Part shown: positions 9,101-18,325 of the stretch, one piece after another
Layout of the letters: the number at the start of each line of letters is the position of its first letter
Position numbering within the stretch: position 1 is the first letter of the stretch
Virus record (IMG/VR): IMGVR_UViG_3300021471_000002
Location: 1 to 53,282 of that record
Length of the DNA stretch: 53,282 bases
Source of the DNA: a virus
Lineage: Duplodnaviria; Caudoviricetes
Direction: 5' to 3' (one strand)
The notes under the pieces: generated by a model
The model's input: the letters and a program-made list of their open reading frames with translations, nothing else
Told to the model about the DNA's origin: nothing
Databases searched by the model: none
Position numbers and translations under genes: made by a program

Positions 9101-12100
9101 CGTTGGCGGCCGGCCGCAGTGTGGATGAGATCATCGGCGCACTGCGGCGCGTCAGGCGGGAGCAGCGAGAGGCCGAGGCCGGCGCACGGCGGATGGGGAG
9201 GGAGTACGAACGCGGGGGACGCGGGATCGGACGGCTGGTCGCGGAGCTGAACAAGGCACGGACACAAGCATATGGCATCAATATGCTGATCACCGAGATC
9301 GGTCAGATGGGGCGCTCGTTGCAGTTCGCCGGCACCGCGCTGACCGGCTCGCTGACAATGGCGGCTAAATCGTACTTGGAGCTGGCGCGTGAGACCGACG
9401 CAGCCTCACGGTCGTTGTTGTTGAACCAGGAACTGACGCAGCAGATGCGCGAGAGCGTCATCGCTCTCGCCGGCGAGATTGGGATGCTGGACCCGCAGGA
9501 TGTGGCGCAGGGCGTCACGATCTGGGCACAGGCGACCGGTCAGGCAATCGAGAATGGAGAGCAGCTCAACCGCGTGCTGGAGCAGACCGTGCCTGTCCAA
9601 CAGCTGGCGGCACTGACGGGAATACAGATGGGCACCGCCAGCGATGCGGTCGCGGCGTCGCTCCGTCAGTTCAGATTGGGGATGAGTGAGACAGAGCGGG
9701 TGGTGGCGATATTCAACAAAGTCGCCGACGACACGCTGGCGACCGTACCCGATGTGGCCGAGGCGTTCAAATACGTCGGGCCGCAGGCCGCCGAGATGGG
9801 GGAGTCAATCGAGGACGTGGCGGCCGCGATTGGCATAATGGCGGAGCAGAACATACGTGGCAGTCAGGCCGGACGTGCATATCGTCAAATGATGATCTCG
9901 CTGGTAAATCCGACGGGAGAAGTTCGGGAGAGGCTGGAGGAGCTGTTCGGTACAGAACAACCGTTCTACGACGCGCAGGGGCAGTTCATCGGACTGGCGA
10001 ACGTCATAGATATGCTGGCCGGCGTGACGGAGGATATGACGGACGCCGAGCGCGATATGCTGTTGACGCAGTTGTTCTCTGCTAACGCGCTGCCGGCCGT
10101 AGCAGCGCTGGTGGCTGAGCAGACCGAGGGCCGCGAACGGAACATCAATGTGATGCGTGCCGAGGCGAAATTACAGCGCGGCATTATCGATAGCGAGGTG
10201 CGCGAGTACGCCAGGCTGCAGGAGGCATCGAGCGGCGTGAGCATCGCGATGATGGGGGCTCTCGATCTGTGGGACAGGCAGGTCGAGGATTACACAGAGA
10301 GCGATGCGGCGCGGGTGCAGCAGATGGAGATCAGATGGAAGGCATTCTGGCTGGCGATTGGACAGAGTGTGTTGAACGAGGCGATGCCGGCACTGGAGGC
10401 GGCATCAAGTCTGATCACCAGGATAACGGATATGATTCAGACCACGCCTGGCGGGAAGCTGGTCGGAGAGATGGCGGCCGCCGGCGTTGGCATATTGGCA
10501 ATCGGCACGCTGGCATCAACCAGTATGACGGTAGCGCGTGCTGTGGCCGGTCTGCGGGTGTTCGTCACCGCTGCACAGCGGATGGCGGATGCGCAGACAA
10601 CGGCCGGGACACAGTTCCAGACGGCAGTCACGGCGGCCGGGGAGCGTTTCGCGCAGATCGTGACTGCGGCGGCGGAGACCGCCGCGGCGACCGAAGTCGA
10701 GGGGGCAGAGGCAGAGACACTGATTGAAACTCAAGGAGCAGAGGCGGAGGCGGCGATTGAGGTACAGAGTGCCGGGTCGGTGGCCGGGCAACTGGGGACC
10801 GTGGCCGGGAAGCTGGGAAACGTCATCGGACTGCTGGGTCGGGTATGGGTTACGTGGATGGTAGGTGAACAGCTGTCGCAACAACTGACAGGACAGAGGA
10901 TCGAGCAGTGGTTCACAAACGCCGAAGGTGTTGCGGCCGGCGAGGCGGCTGCGACGGAGTTCTCCGGCCTGAGCCGTGCCGAGCTGCGGGACAAGCTGGA
11001 CGAGGTATCGGCCGATCTGGAGATCGTGAAACGGTTTTATGAAGAGTACGGACCAATGAGCGCCGAGGTCATCTTTGGAACCGGGCAAGGCTACGGCAGG
11101 TACGAGGAGATAATGGGCGGTCGGATGCGGGCGCTGTCTGGATCTGCGGTATACGACAAACTAGCTGAGCTGGAGACAATGCGCAACACATTGCTACAAC
11201 TGATCGGAGAGACGTATGCCGGGGTCACCGATCAGTGGACTCGTCACCGCGACGTCGTATTGCGCGACACTGATGCCCTCAGCTCGATGACAGACGCGAT
11301 CTGGCATCAGAGCGATGCGGTCAAAGACCGCATTAACTTGTCGGAAGAGGAGCAGAAGGCGGTCGATTTATACATCGAGCTACTGCGCAAACAGGCGGAG
11401 GAGATCGAACGATTCAACGATGCGATGCAGGAGGCATTGAACGATCTCAACGATGAATTAGCGGAGATGGCTCTGAAACACGCGCAGGAAATGGCGGAGG
11501 AGAGGCGGAAATTTCAGGAGGATGAGCGCGAGTCAGCAGCAGAACACAATCGACAGATGGCGAAACAACGCCGCGATCACGATTTGAAGATGCGGCGGAT
11601 GGAAGAAGACCATCTGATGCGTATGAGTGATCTGGCGCAGCAGCGTGATGCGCTGGGGATGGTGCGCGAGAGGAGACAGTACGACTTGCAGCGCCGGCGG
11701 GCGGAGGAGGATTTCGCCATCTCGCAGGGCGACGCCGAGGCGCAGTTCAACCGGGAGCGGGAGCGGCGGCGGGAAGAGCACGAGGCGCGGATGCGGGAGC
11801 GGGAGGCGGAGTACGAAGAGGAACGCCGGAAGCGGCGTGCTGAATACGAGGAGCGGAAAGCGGAACTGGAAAAAGAGCACCGCGAGACAATGAGTCAGTT
11901 GCGACAGGAATACTTCAACAAAATCAACGCCGAACTGGATTACTACAAACGCTCGCAAGCTGAACAGAACGCATATCACGCCGCGATGCTGGCGGATGCT
12001 CGCTCGTTTCTGGCAAACAATAGACAGCTATGGAACAACTACCTAGCGTCGTTTCCAACGCCGTCGCAGTCACACGGGCGAAGCAAATGGCCGCGTCCGT

Positions 12101-12432
12101 CCGGCGGCGGTATGGTGCCGGGCTACCAGACCGGGGGGTATGTGGCACGGACCGGTGTGATCTACGCTCACGCCGGCGAGTACGTGCTATCGCGTTCAAC
12201 AGTTGACGCCATAGAGCGCGGCCTGGGCCCGCTGACGCAGAGCAGGATGGTCGCCGGGATGGAGCGAGGCATTGGGGGTAGCATTCCTCGGCGCGTGAGC
12301 ATACAGCAGAATTTCACGTTTCACGGCTCGATGAGCGTGCAGGAGCGACAGTGGTTCAGACAAGTAGCACGGCGTGAGGCCGAGGCTGCGTTCCAGGAGA
12401 CGCTGCAGGGCGTGGTAGCGATGAGGGGATGA
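6199..12432 (+). CDS. Tail tape measure protein (TP901-type core)
   Basis: 2077 aa, helical; VGHSIIPDMV motif; core VAEAFKYVGPQA..MGESIEDVAAAIGIMAEQNIRGSQAG; C-terminal YQTGGYV...HAGEYVL. Confidence 0.92.
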   Translation: MSNEYAIRITIDSRDVQAQAARVRRVIESEIAQIATVSLDTSALERALSGAGQLSLGGGEIAGLESAVEQIQELRSLVEQPLVVRIVVESTGLDDVRDKMAKIREDAGGLGRAVAAGLGRQADALERHLAEIESRITGIVSAGKKVDIDAPLEGMEQLGEALSEDEKKAYNLQLKLRGLDEESRVLNKRFAELGAQKVMPLGGGELQPLSELFRMFDAPHVRRKVKSLVAAFEADEELRRLGERIAEAEARVQQEIEQGLQDMIAAADRAREELEIHLAKEPPGVRTLPAEMLTEEQREWIETNQILAREYERRQQELYEAKAQARFGAESQELRDLRASEQARRQFLIRQMSSETAFWKEWALGSVEEIAQALRHQGQTAEAEALEEMYAIWKRRKRVEEQLKRGRGRLVKGAQVELPKEAKGTMVDLVNAERVLGKAAEDVTKQLAEQRKELSKLIIQLDQAAMAADGFGEAQRMAFMRLQKLATREITKRTPLTKTTIEEASDVSVDVLARLSREAQRVRETVEKEMQATLDPVQETATEIAESLASQQIEEAAARPARGIVALWQRVRDILVGHSIIPDMVNDINAWLARIGVESPFAELTKQGKTAADTLVNEFAQLAEAIPAEQLGERIDTLTAEINALGQEMEALTLRGRQASQRYPAGYGAAEETRQALGASPGVQGSAREGAEWYQTLSTDIEAVRRLSAEDMRRMDELWSAIASKQAQLAALLRAQLAQASETYAAKLNDVANEDQFEQLYRQLEATGHEMEAAERRMGEAIAGVQERVAAEIAREAEAAEREARARARSPIGRAEAEERIAAAKAAAEREKQLYRQTTAVVRETEKRKTAEVVTEARIRQKKVEEAEKRVTAQIIAEARAQQRQREEAAKRETAATRAAAKVAVEEAQAVARARAESEKRATIAMRHELKARERAEREAAIARRREEMARGLALEAGVDWNTYVQGALAAGRSVDEIIGALRRVRREQREAEAGARRMGREYERGGRGIGRLVAELNKARTQAYGINMLITEIGQMGRSLQFAGTALTGSLTMAAKSYLELARETDAASRSLLLNQELTQQMRESVIALAGEIGMLDPQDVAQGVTIWAQATGQAIENGEQLNRVLEQTVPVQQLAALTGIQMGTASDAVAASLRQFRLGMSETERVVAIFNKVADDTLATVPDVAEAFKYVGPQAAEMGESIEDVAAAIGIMAEQNIRGSQAGRAYRQMMISLVNPTGEVRERLEELFGTEQPFYDAQGQFIGLANVIDMLAGVTEDMTDAERDMLLTQLFSANALPAVAALVAEQTEGRERNINVMRAEAKLQRGIIDSEVREYARLQEASSGVSIAMMGALDLWDRQVEDYTESDAARVQQMEIRWKAFWLAIGQSVLNEAMPALEAASSLITRITDMIQTTPGGKLVGEMAAAGVGILAIGTLASTSMTVARAVAGLRVFVTAAQRMADAQTTAGTQFQTAVTAAGERFAQIVTAAAETAAATEVEGAEAETLIETQGAEAEAAIEVQSAGSVAGQLGTVAGKLGNVIGLLGRVWVTWMVGEQLSQQLTGQRIEQWFTNAEGVAAGEAAATEFSGLSRAELRDKLDEVSADLEIVKRFYEEYGPMSAEVIFGTGQGYGRYEEIMGGRMRALSGSAVYDKLAELETMRNTLLQLIGETYAGVTDQWTRHRDVVLRDTDALSSMTDAIWHQSDAVKDRINLSEEEQKAVDLYIELLRKQAEEIERFNDAMQEALNDLNDELAEMALKHAQEMAEERRKFQEDERESAAEHNRQMAKQRRDHDLKMRRMEEDHLMRMSDLAQQRDALGMVRERRQYDLQRRRAEEDFAISQGDAEAQFNRERERRREEHEARMREREAEYEEERRKRRAEYEERKAELEKEHRETMSQLRQEYFNKINAELDYYKRSQAEQNAYHAAMLADARSFLANNRQLWNNYLASFPTPSQSHGRSKWPRPSGGGMVPGYQTGGYVARTGVIYAHAGEYVLSRSTVDAIERGLGPLTQSRMVAGMERGIGGSIPRRVSIQQNFTFHGSMSVQERQWFRQVARREAEAAFQETLQGVVAMRG

Positions 12433-12443
12433 GGGGATAGGCG

Positions 12444-12824
12444 ATGGCGGCATACGAGTTCAAGATCGGCGCGACGCTGGGCGGGATGGTGAACGTGGAA
12501 GAGCTGGCCGTGCCGTTGCCCGCGCCACGCTCGACATACCGACGGTATGCCACCGTCGTCGAGCTAGGCGACCGGTCGGCCAGAGGCTACGGCAACCCAT
12601 CGGCCACCTGGCGCTGGGCGGTGCTTACGCTGGCGCAGCGCGACCAGCTGAAAACGTTTTGTTCCGGTGCATCGGCGCAGGTGTACATTCGCACAAAAAA
12701 GCGCGATGACACCGAGGAGTGGGCTAATTTTCTGTGTTGGATGATCTGGCCGGAGGAAGAGGAGGTGCTGGCCGGCCGGGTGCTCGACATCGAGATTCAA
12801 TTCCGGGATATGGTGGAGCAGTGA
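12444..12824 (+). CDS. Distal tail protein-like
   Basis: 126 aa directly after TMP. Confidence 0.55.
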   Translation: MAAYEFKIGATLGGMVNVEELAVPLPAPRSTYRRYATVVELGDRSARGYGNPSATWRWAVLTLAQRDQLKTFCSGASAQVYIRTKKRDDTEEWANFLCWMIWPEEEEVLAGRVLDIEIQFRDMVEQ

Positions 12825-12825
12825 C

Positions 12826-15800
12826 GTGGGGGTCTGGGACTATCGCGCATTGACCGGCGCTGAGATCGAGAAGCTGGAGAGTGACGGACAATCGTCACGT
12901 GTCGGGATGTTCGTGTTGCCGGTGCGAGAGGTGTTTTCGGCGGTCGTCGCTACCGCCCCGTCGTCAAACGACCGCGTGGCAGAGATACAGTTCAGCTCGC
13001 CCTCCGGCGACCCGGGGGATGTGCTGGTGGATATGACCTGTCTGGTCGGCACAGCCGCCGGGGGTTATGACGTCGGTATCTGCCGCGTGCGGAAGCCGAT
13101 CTCAGGATCAAGGCTCTATCTGGGCGAGACATCGGACATCGCCTGGGCCGTCGGGCAGCACCTGACGGTCATCGAGGACTGGCAAATATGGGCTCGGCAC
13201 GTGCGCATCGTCGGCAGCGGAGACAGTTTCACGGTCTATATGGACTGGGACGTGGGGTATACCGACCAGTACGAAAATCACGATCCGGTGCCGGTGATGG
13301 GGGCGCACATCGTTAAAAAGCTGACCGGAGCGACGGTGGACGTGACAGAGTTCGATGCCGGCGACTCTTGGGTGCTCGACGCGGCGATCAACTCGTACTC
13401 TTGGGAGGCGCCCGGGGCGTCTGCGACGAGTGGAATGACGACGGCCAATCCGACGCTGACATACAACGCGCCCGGGTGGTATCGCGTTTCCTGCACTGTC
13501 GGCGCGGACAACGGCAAATCGGCGACCGGGCATCGGTGGGTGCGCATCTACGACGCCGACGATCCGCCGACCTGGATCGAGCTCGAGAGTTGTTCCGGCG
13601 ATTGGGGGCAGGGCGGGTGGACATTCAGGGTGACGGGGCACTACGACGTCGGATTGTCCGACATTAGAAACCGCGCGTTGGTGATCCTGTTCGCGGAGGA
13701 TTTCTACGACGGGGTCGAGGGGAGCGTCGGCATCGTGGCCGGGCGTGAGAACATCCTGGCGGTCGGTTGGATCGCCGGGGAGACAATTGTGCTGGATCCG
13801 CGCCATTCAACCGTCCAGTTCGAAGTGCAGGGCCCGCAGTTCTGGCTCAACGCAGTGACCGGCTTTCCGGCCGGCATCGAGGACACAACCGGCGCTATGA
13901 ACTGGGTACAGTACAGCGGCCTCACCGTCAGGCGGGCGGTGTGGGCGTTTCTGCACTGGCGCTCAACGGTATGCAGCGTGCTGGATGTGTTTCCGCCTGA
14001 CGACGAAACTCCGATTGGACTGTTCAATTCCGGCTTGGCGTCGCTGTGGGCGCAAATTGGCGAGGCGGCGGAGCGGACGATCAAGGCCCACCCGGCATGC
14101 GACAGGCTGGGGCGGCTGTATGTCCAGGTAGATAGCCAGCTCAAGCCGGAGTCGGAGCGCAGCAGTATACCGGTGGTGATGGACATTCTGAAGCGACACT
14201 GGCGTTCGGAGCAAGCGCTGCAACTGGAGCGGGTCGTAGTGTCGCAGACGGCACGGGTCGATCTGTCCGGTGTGGCGTTCAACCACGCTACCAACAGCGG
14301 AGAGCCGTACTTCTCGCTGGCACCCGGGCACGTGATGAAGCGGCTGGGCAACGTCAGAGCAGAGGATCATCTGGCGCTGACGAGCCAGGCACAGGCTAAC
14401 GAGCTGGCGGGGCTGATCTGCGGTAAAGACAACAATCCGTATCCGAACGTGGCGGTGCCGTTTGCGATCAACTGCCGCGTGTGGGACATCTGTCCGCATC
14501 AGTACGGACGGATAACCGTAGCGGAGTCGGACAATGTCAGAGGTGTAGCGCTGACGAATCTCAAGCTGATACCGCGCCGGGTCAGTTTTGCGCTGCACCA
14601 GGGCGAGGCCGGTGCGGGGATCGTGGTGGATGTTGATTTCGAGGGCTATACGACGGCGGAATCGTCGGTTGACGGCGATGTACCGCCGGAGGTGCCGGCT
14701 CCTCCCCCTCCCCCCGTCCCGTCTCCGATTCCGATCCCGCCACCACCACCGACGATCACCGATCCCGCGCCGGACGTGGTGATGATGGTGCTCGAAAATT
14801 CTGCCGAGCGCATTCTGGTGCGAACGACGAACTTCCAGGAAGCTTCGCCGTCCTGGGCGATCACGCTGTCGTCAGTTGACGCGCCGCACCACTACCGGGC
14901 GGACTATCAGGCACAGACGGCATACAGCATCGGCGGCGGTGACACGTGGTTGACGCTGTACCGCATTCACGATTTCAACACCAACTCGCCAACGCAATCG
15001 CAGGTAGCGTTCAGGACTGCGCCGGGCGTCATCTGGACGTATGGCGGTTACAGGTTCAACAACCTGGCGGTCGCTACCGATGATCCGAACGAGATAGCGA
15101 TAGGGGTCAAAAACCACCTGACCTCGCGGGCCAGGTTCCACGTTTCACACGATGGCGGCGACACGTGGACGGCGTCCAATATGTTTCCGTCGGAAACTAA
15201 CTACTATAACAACAACTCGAGTGGTGTATGGTGTGTCTACCCAAAGCCAGGGGCAACGCGGACTTGGTTCCTGATCGCGATGTGTGGCTGGTATGGGCCG
15301 TTCTATGTCTATGAGATCACCGACGTAGATATAGCAGGTGCCGGTCGTGTGCAGATTGAAGAGAGTGGTGATCCGCTGCACGATTACGACAAGCTGCTGG
15401 TGTCAGGTATGGACGGATTGACCAGCACCTGGTTCCGGGCGAGTCAGTTCACTCCGCAGGTCGTGGATTCGATGTTCAAGGGAAATGTTTCATCATTATC
15501 GCTCACCGGGCCATTCCAAGCGCATCCGATGATACCCTACTCTGTTTCATCGCCGGCGGTCATTCTCAGCACGAACCAAGCACGAGTGTACCGCAGCGGG
15601 TGGGAGGATATGGGAACGACGGGGCTGATCACCTCGGCGGCGTTCATCGCACCGTGTGCGCTGGACAATTCGCTGCGCTGGGCCATTGGCGGCAGCGGAA
15701 TAGTGGTTGACACGGTACTGAAGCCGCCGATTGTGAAATACACCGCCAACGGCGGCGCGGATGATGGCGATTGGTTGGATAAAACCGGCAATTTGCACAC

Positions 15801-15879
15801 GCTTCTGGATGCGCTGGAGTGGAACACGGTTGACGTACACACGATCATCCCCGTACTCGGCGGAGGCGATGCGACGTGA
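12826..15879 (+). CDS. Tail tip/hub protein with PKD-like segment, Pro-rich linker and C-terminal propeller-like domain
   Basis: 1017 aa; SYSWE...TYNAPGWYRVSCTV; PPEVPAPPPPPVPSPIPIPPPPP; Asp-box VSHDGGDTW. Confidence 0.65.
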   Translation: MGVWDYRALTGAEIEKLESDGQSSRVGMFVLPVREVFSAVVATAPSSNDRVAEIQFSSPSGDPGDVLVDMTCLVGTAAGGYDVGICRVRKPISGSRLYLGETSDIAWAVGQHLTVIEDWQIWARHVRIVGSGDSFTVYMDWDVGYTDQYENHDPVPVMGAHIVKKLTGATVDVTEFDAGDSWVLDAAINSYSWEAPGASATSGMTTANPTLTYNAPGWYRVSCTVGADNGKSATGHRWVRIYDADDPPTWIELESCSGDWGQGGWTFRVTGHYDVGLSDIRNRALVILFAEDFYDGVEGSVGIVAGRENILAVGWIAGETIVLDPRHSTVQFEVQGPQFWLNAVTGFPAGIEDTTGAMNWVQYSGLTVRRAVWAFLHWRSTVCSVLDVFPPDDETPIGLFNSGLASLWAQIGEAAERTIKAHPACDRLGRLYVQVDSQLKPESERSSIPVVMDILKRHWRSEQALQLERVVVSQTARVDLSGVAFNHATNSGEPYFSLAPGHVMKRLGNVRAEDHLALTSQAQANELAGLICGKDNNPYPNVAVPFAINCRVWDICPHQYGRITVAESDNVRGVALTNLKLIPRRVSFALHQGEAGAGIVVDVDFEGYTTAESSVDGDVPPEVPAPPPPPVPSPIPIPPPPPTITDPAPDVVMMVLENSAERILVRTTNFQEASPSWAITLSSVDAPHHYRADYQAQTAYSIGGGDTWLTLYRIHDFNTNSPTQSQVAFRTAPGVIWTYGGYRFNNLAVATDDPNEIAIGVKNHLTSRARFHVSHDGGDTWTASNMFPSETNYYNNNSSGVWCVYPKPGATRTWFLIAMCGWYGPFYVYEITDVDIAGAGRVQIEESGDPLHDYDKLLVSGMDGLTSTWFRASQFTPQVVDSMFKGNVSSLSLTGPFQAHPMIPYSVSSPAVILSTNQARVYRSGWEDMGTTGLITSAAFIAPCALDNSLRWAIGGSGIVVDTVLKPPIVKYTANGGADDGDWLDKTGNLHTLLDALEWNTVDVHTIIPVLGGGDAT

Positions 15880-17183
15880 TTACACTCGGTCGTTCGATTA
15901 TCGGTCGCGTTCAGCGTATGCTGCTCGATATGCTGAGCGCCTATCAGCCCGTCTTGCCGAAGTTCCCGGCGCTGCTGGGCGACGGGCACGGCACGGTCTC
16001 GGTGAGCGGAAAGCCGAATTTTGTCTATATCCGCATCGGTGCCGAGGGCGAGGATGGGTTGTCTGTAGCATTCAACCAGACGGTGCCGCTGCGCGATGGA
16101 CTGCCGATCATCGTGGGATACAGAGCGGAACAGCCGCAACTGTTCCAGGTGCTCGCGTTGCGCGAGGTCTACGCCGGCACAGGCCAGGCGTCGCCGCCGC
16201 AAGTCGTGCCACACGCCAGGACGCACGAGTTTCCTATGCTGGACGATCCGGACGCCGACGGATCGGATATGGGACATTGGCACTGGCGGCAGTTGCGGGG
16301 ACTGCGCACTGTGATCGTCTCGTCGTTCACGGTGCGCCTCGAGCCGTGGCTGATGGCGCGCTCCGATGGCTATCAGTGGATCGCGGCTCAGACGCTCGAT
16401 CTGACAGAAGACAAGCCGTCGTCCGGGGCGCGTTACGTGCTGACGTATATCGATCAGGATGGAGTGTTCAAGAAACGCGCCGGGACGGTCGTGCCGGCCA
16501 GCTCATTGAGCATCGAGGATCACGCACCGATGCCGGAGGTCGGCGAGTTCCCGTCGGCGCTCGTGCGGTTGTACCGGGGTCAGATCGAGCTGGAGGAGAC
16601 GACGGAGTCACAGGATGTGATAGACGTCCGCTGGCCCTGGGCGGTCTCGTTTCACACCATCACCGGCGAGTCGCATCTTGACGCGGTCGGCACGCCGGTC
16701 GATGGCGATGTGCTCACGTACAGTGCTGGCTATTGGCGCCCTCAGGCCGGCGGCGGGGGAGGAGGAGGGGGCAGCGGCGAGCAGGTCGTGATACCGCGCT
16801 GGCACGTGGACGGCCCGCTGGCGGCAGCGACCGAGATCGATGGTGTGTGGCGTCTTCCAGCGGCGTTCAAGGCAGACTATGGAGTCATCTATGTGAAAAC
16901 AACAGGCACGGCCGGCACGACGACGGTTGACATCGAGAAGAGCACAAACGACGGTGCGAGCTGGTCGTCGTGTTTCGCTGCACCGGGCGACCGGCCGAGC
17001 GTTACCGGCGGGGGCACGGATCACATCGCCAGCGGGACGATTGACCTGGAGCTCGATGCCGGCACGTGGCTCAGAGCGTCAATCGTCGAGGTTGCGACCG
17101 GAGCGCGTTCGCTGACCGTCCAGCTTGGCGGCGGCGCACCGCCGGTGGTCGGCAGCGAGTTGACGCACCTGGGGTGTGGTTGA
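15876..17183 (+). CDS. Minor tail protein
   Basis: GTGA overlap; DGDVLTY..G.W.P followed by a poly-Gly linker; Asp-box KSTNDGASW. Confidence 0.6.
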   Translation: MITLGRSIIGRVQRMLLDMLSAYQPVLPKFPALLGDGHGTVSVSGKPNFVYIRIGAEGEDGLSVAFNQTVPLRDGLPIIVGYRAEQPQLFQVLALREVYAGTGQASPPQVVPHARTHEFPMLDDPDADGSDMGHWHWRQLRGLRTVIVSSFTVRLEPWLMARSDGYQWIAAQTLDLTEDKPSSGARYVLTYIDQDGVFKKRAGTVVPASSLSIEDHAPMPEVGEFPSALVRLYRGQIELEETTESQDVIDVRWPWAVSFHTITGESHLDAVGTPVDGDVLTYSAGYWRPQAGGGGGGGGSGEQVVIPRWHVDGPLAAATEIDGVWRLPAAFKADYGVIYVKTTGTAGTTTVDIEKSTNDGASWSSCFAAPGDRPSVTGGGTDHIASGTIDLELDAGTWLRASIVEVATGARSLTVQLGGGAPPVVGSELTHLGCG

Positions 17184-17254
17184 CGTCGGCGCGGGAACGG
17201 ATGCGGATAGAGCGAGTCAATTCAGGAAGTCATTAGAAGAGAGGGAGGTTTGTT

Positions 17255-17839
17255 ATGACTATTCCAGCAGCGCCGCAGGAGAGCGGCGACAACAAACGTT
17301 TGCTGTTTCTATGCGAGAGCGATGGCGCCGGCGGATTGCGTCCGGTGTTGTTTTGCACGGCGGCAAACGACGGACAGCTCACCGAGGGGGAGCGGCTGCA
17401 AGCGCTGGCCGTAGGCGGCCGGCGTGCGCGGGGCGAGGCGGCCACCGATGGGCCTGTCCCGGTCGGCGGGACGTATTACTCGTCACCGTCGAACGTTGAC
17501 GACGGTGATATGGTCACAGTGCTGACAGACGCAGCCGGGCGTGTGCAAATCGCCGGGCCGGATACAGTGGAGACATACAATGTTACATTGACCAATGCCA
17601 ACACTGAATACAGCCAGACGCTTCCGAGCAATGTGCGTGCAGTAGCTTTCAGATGCCGCACGGCGTGCGACGTGCGGTTCGCTTGGGAGTCGGGGAGGGT
17701 TGCAGCACCAATAGCGCCGTACCAGACGCTCAAGGCAAACGGCGAGTATTGGAAGGATAACATCAGGGTCAGTAGCTTGACACTGTATCTGGCGAGCGAC
17801 ACGGCCGGCGTGGTGGTCGAAGTCGAGGCGTGGAGCTAA
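17255..17839 (+). CDS. Hypothetical virion protein
   Basis: SD GGAGG; in tail operon. Confidence 0.55.
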   Translation: MTIPAAPQESGDNKRLLFLCESDGAGGLRPVLFCTAANDGQLTEGERLQALAVGGRRARGEAATDGPVPVGGTYYSSPSNVDDGDMVTVLTDAAGRVQIAGPDTVETYNVTLTNANTEYSQTLPSNVRAVAFRCRTACDVRFAWESGRVAAPIAPYQTLKANGEYWKDNIRVSSLTLYLASDTAGVVVEVEAWS

Positions 17840-18324
17840 AGGGGGGTGTGATGCCTGTCACTAGATATCCAGCACAAATTACCAGGCACTTTTTTGTGCC
17901 GGCTGTCGCCGGTCTCAATGAGACAGACGGCACAAAGATCGTTTGCGATATTTATGGATTGTCATTCCCGCACGCCAAGCTGTGTAGTGCATCAAGTACT
18001 ATTATTGTGCCGACCGATTTTGTGTCTGGAATGACGGTTAAGACGATTGTCAGAAGTCAACACTATGGCAGCATATATGGCTTGCAGTACTTCTGCTCTG
18101 GTAAAGTTGAGGAGGGATACTATGACTCAAACACCGTCGACACTGAGGGCACTTGTAGCGTCTTTGAAAACGAGAACACGGTGGTCATGACTATAACTGT
18201 TGATTTTGCTGATTGTGGTGACATAATGTCACTCAGATTTACCAGGGACGGAACACACGGGAGTGATGATGATTTTTCCGTGTGGTTTGTTGGATGGATC
18301 ATAGAGTACACAGCGGAATACTAA
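17830..18324 (+). CDS. Hypothetical beta-rich protein, visibly lower GC (start may be ATG 17851)
   Basis: ORF between tail genes with AT-richer codons. Confidence 0.55.
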   Translation: MELKGGVMPVTRYPAQITRHFFVPAVAGLNETDGTKIVCDIYGLSFPHAKLCSASSTIIVPTDFVSGMTVKTIVRSQHYGSIYGLQYFCSGKVEEGYYDSNTVDTEGTCSVFENENTVVMTITVDFADCGDIMSLRFTRDGTHGSDDDFSVWFVGWIIEYTAEY

Positions 18325-18325
18325 A

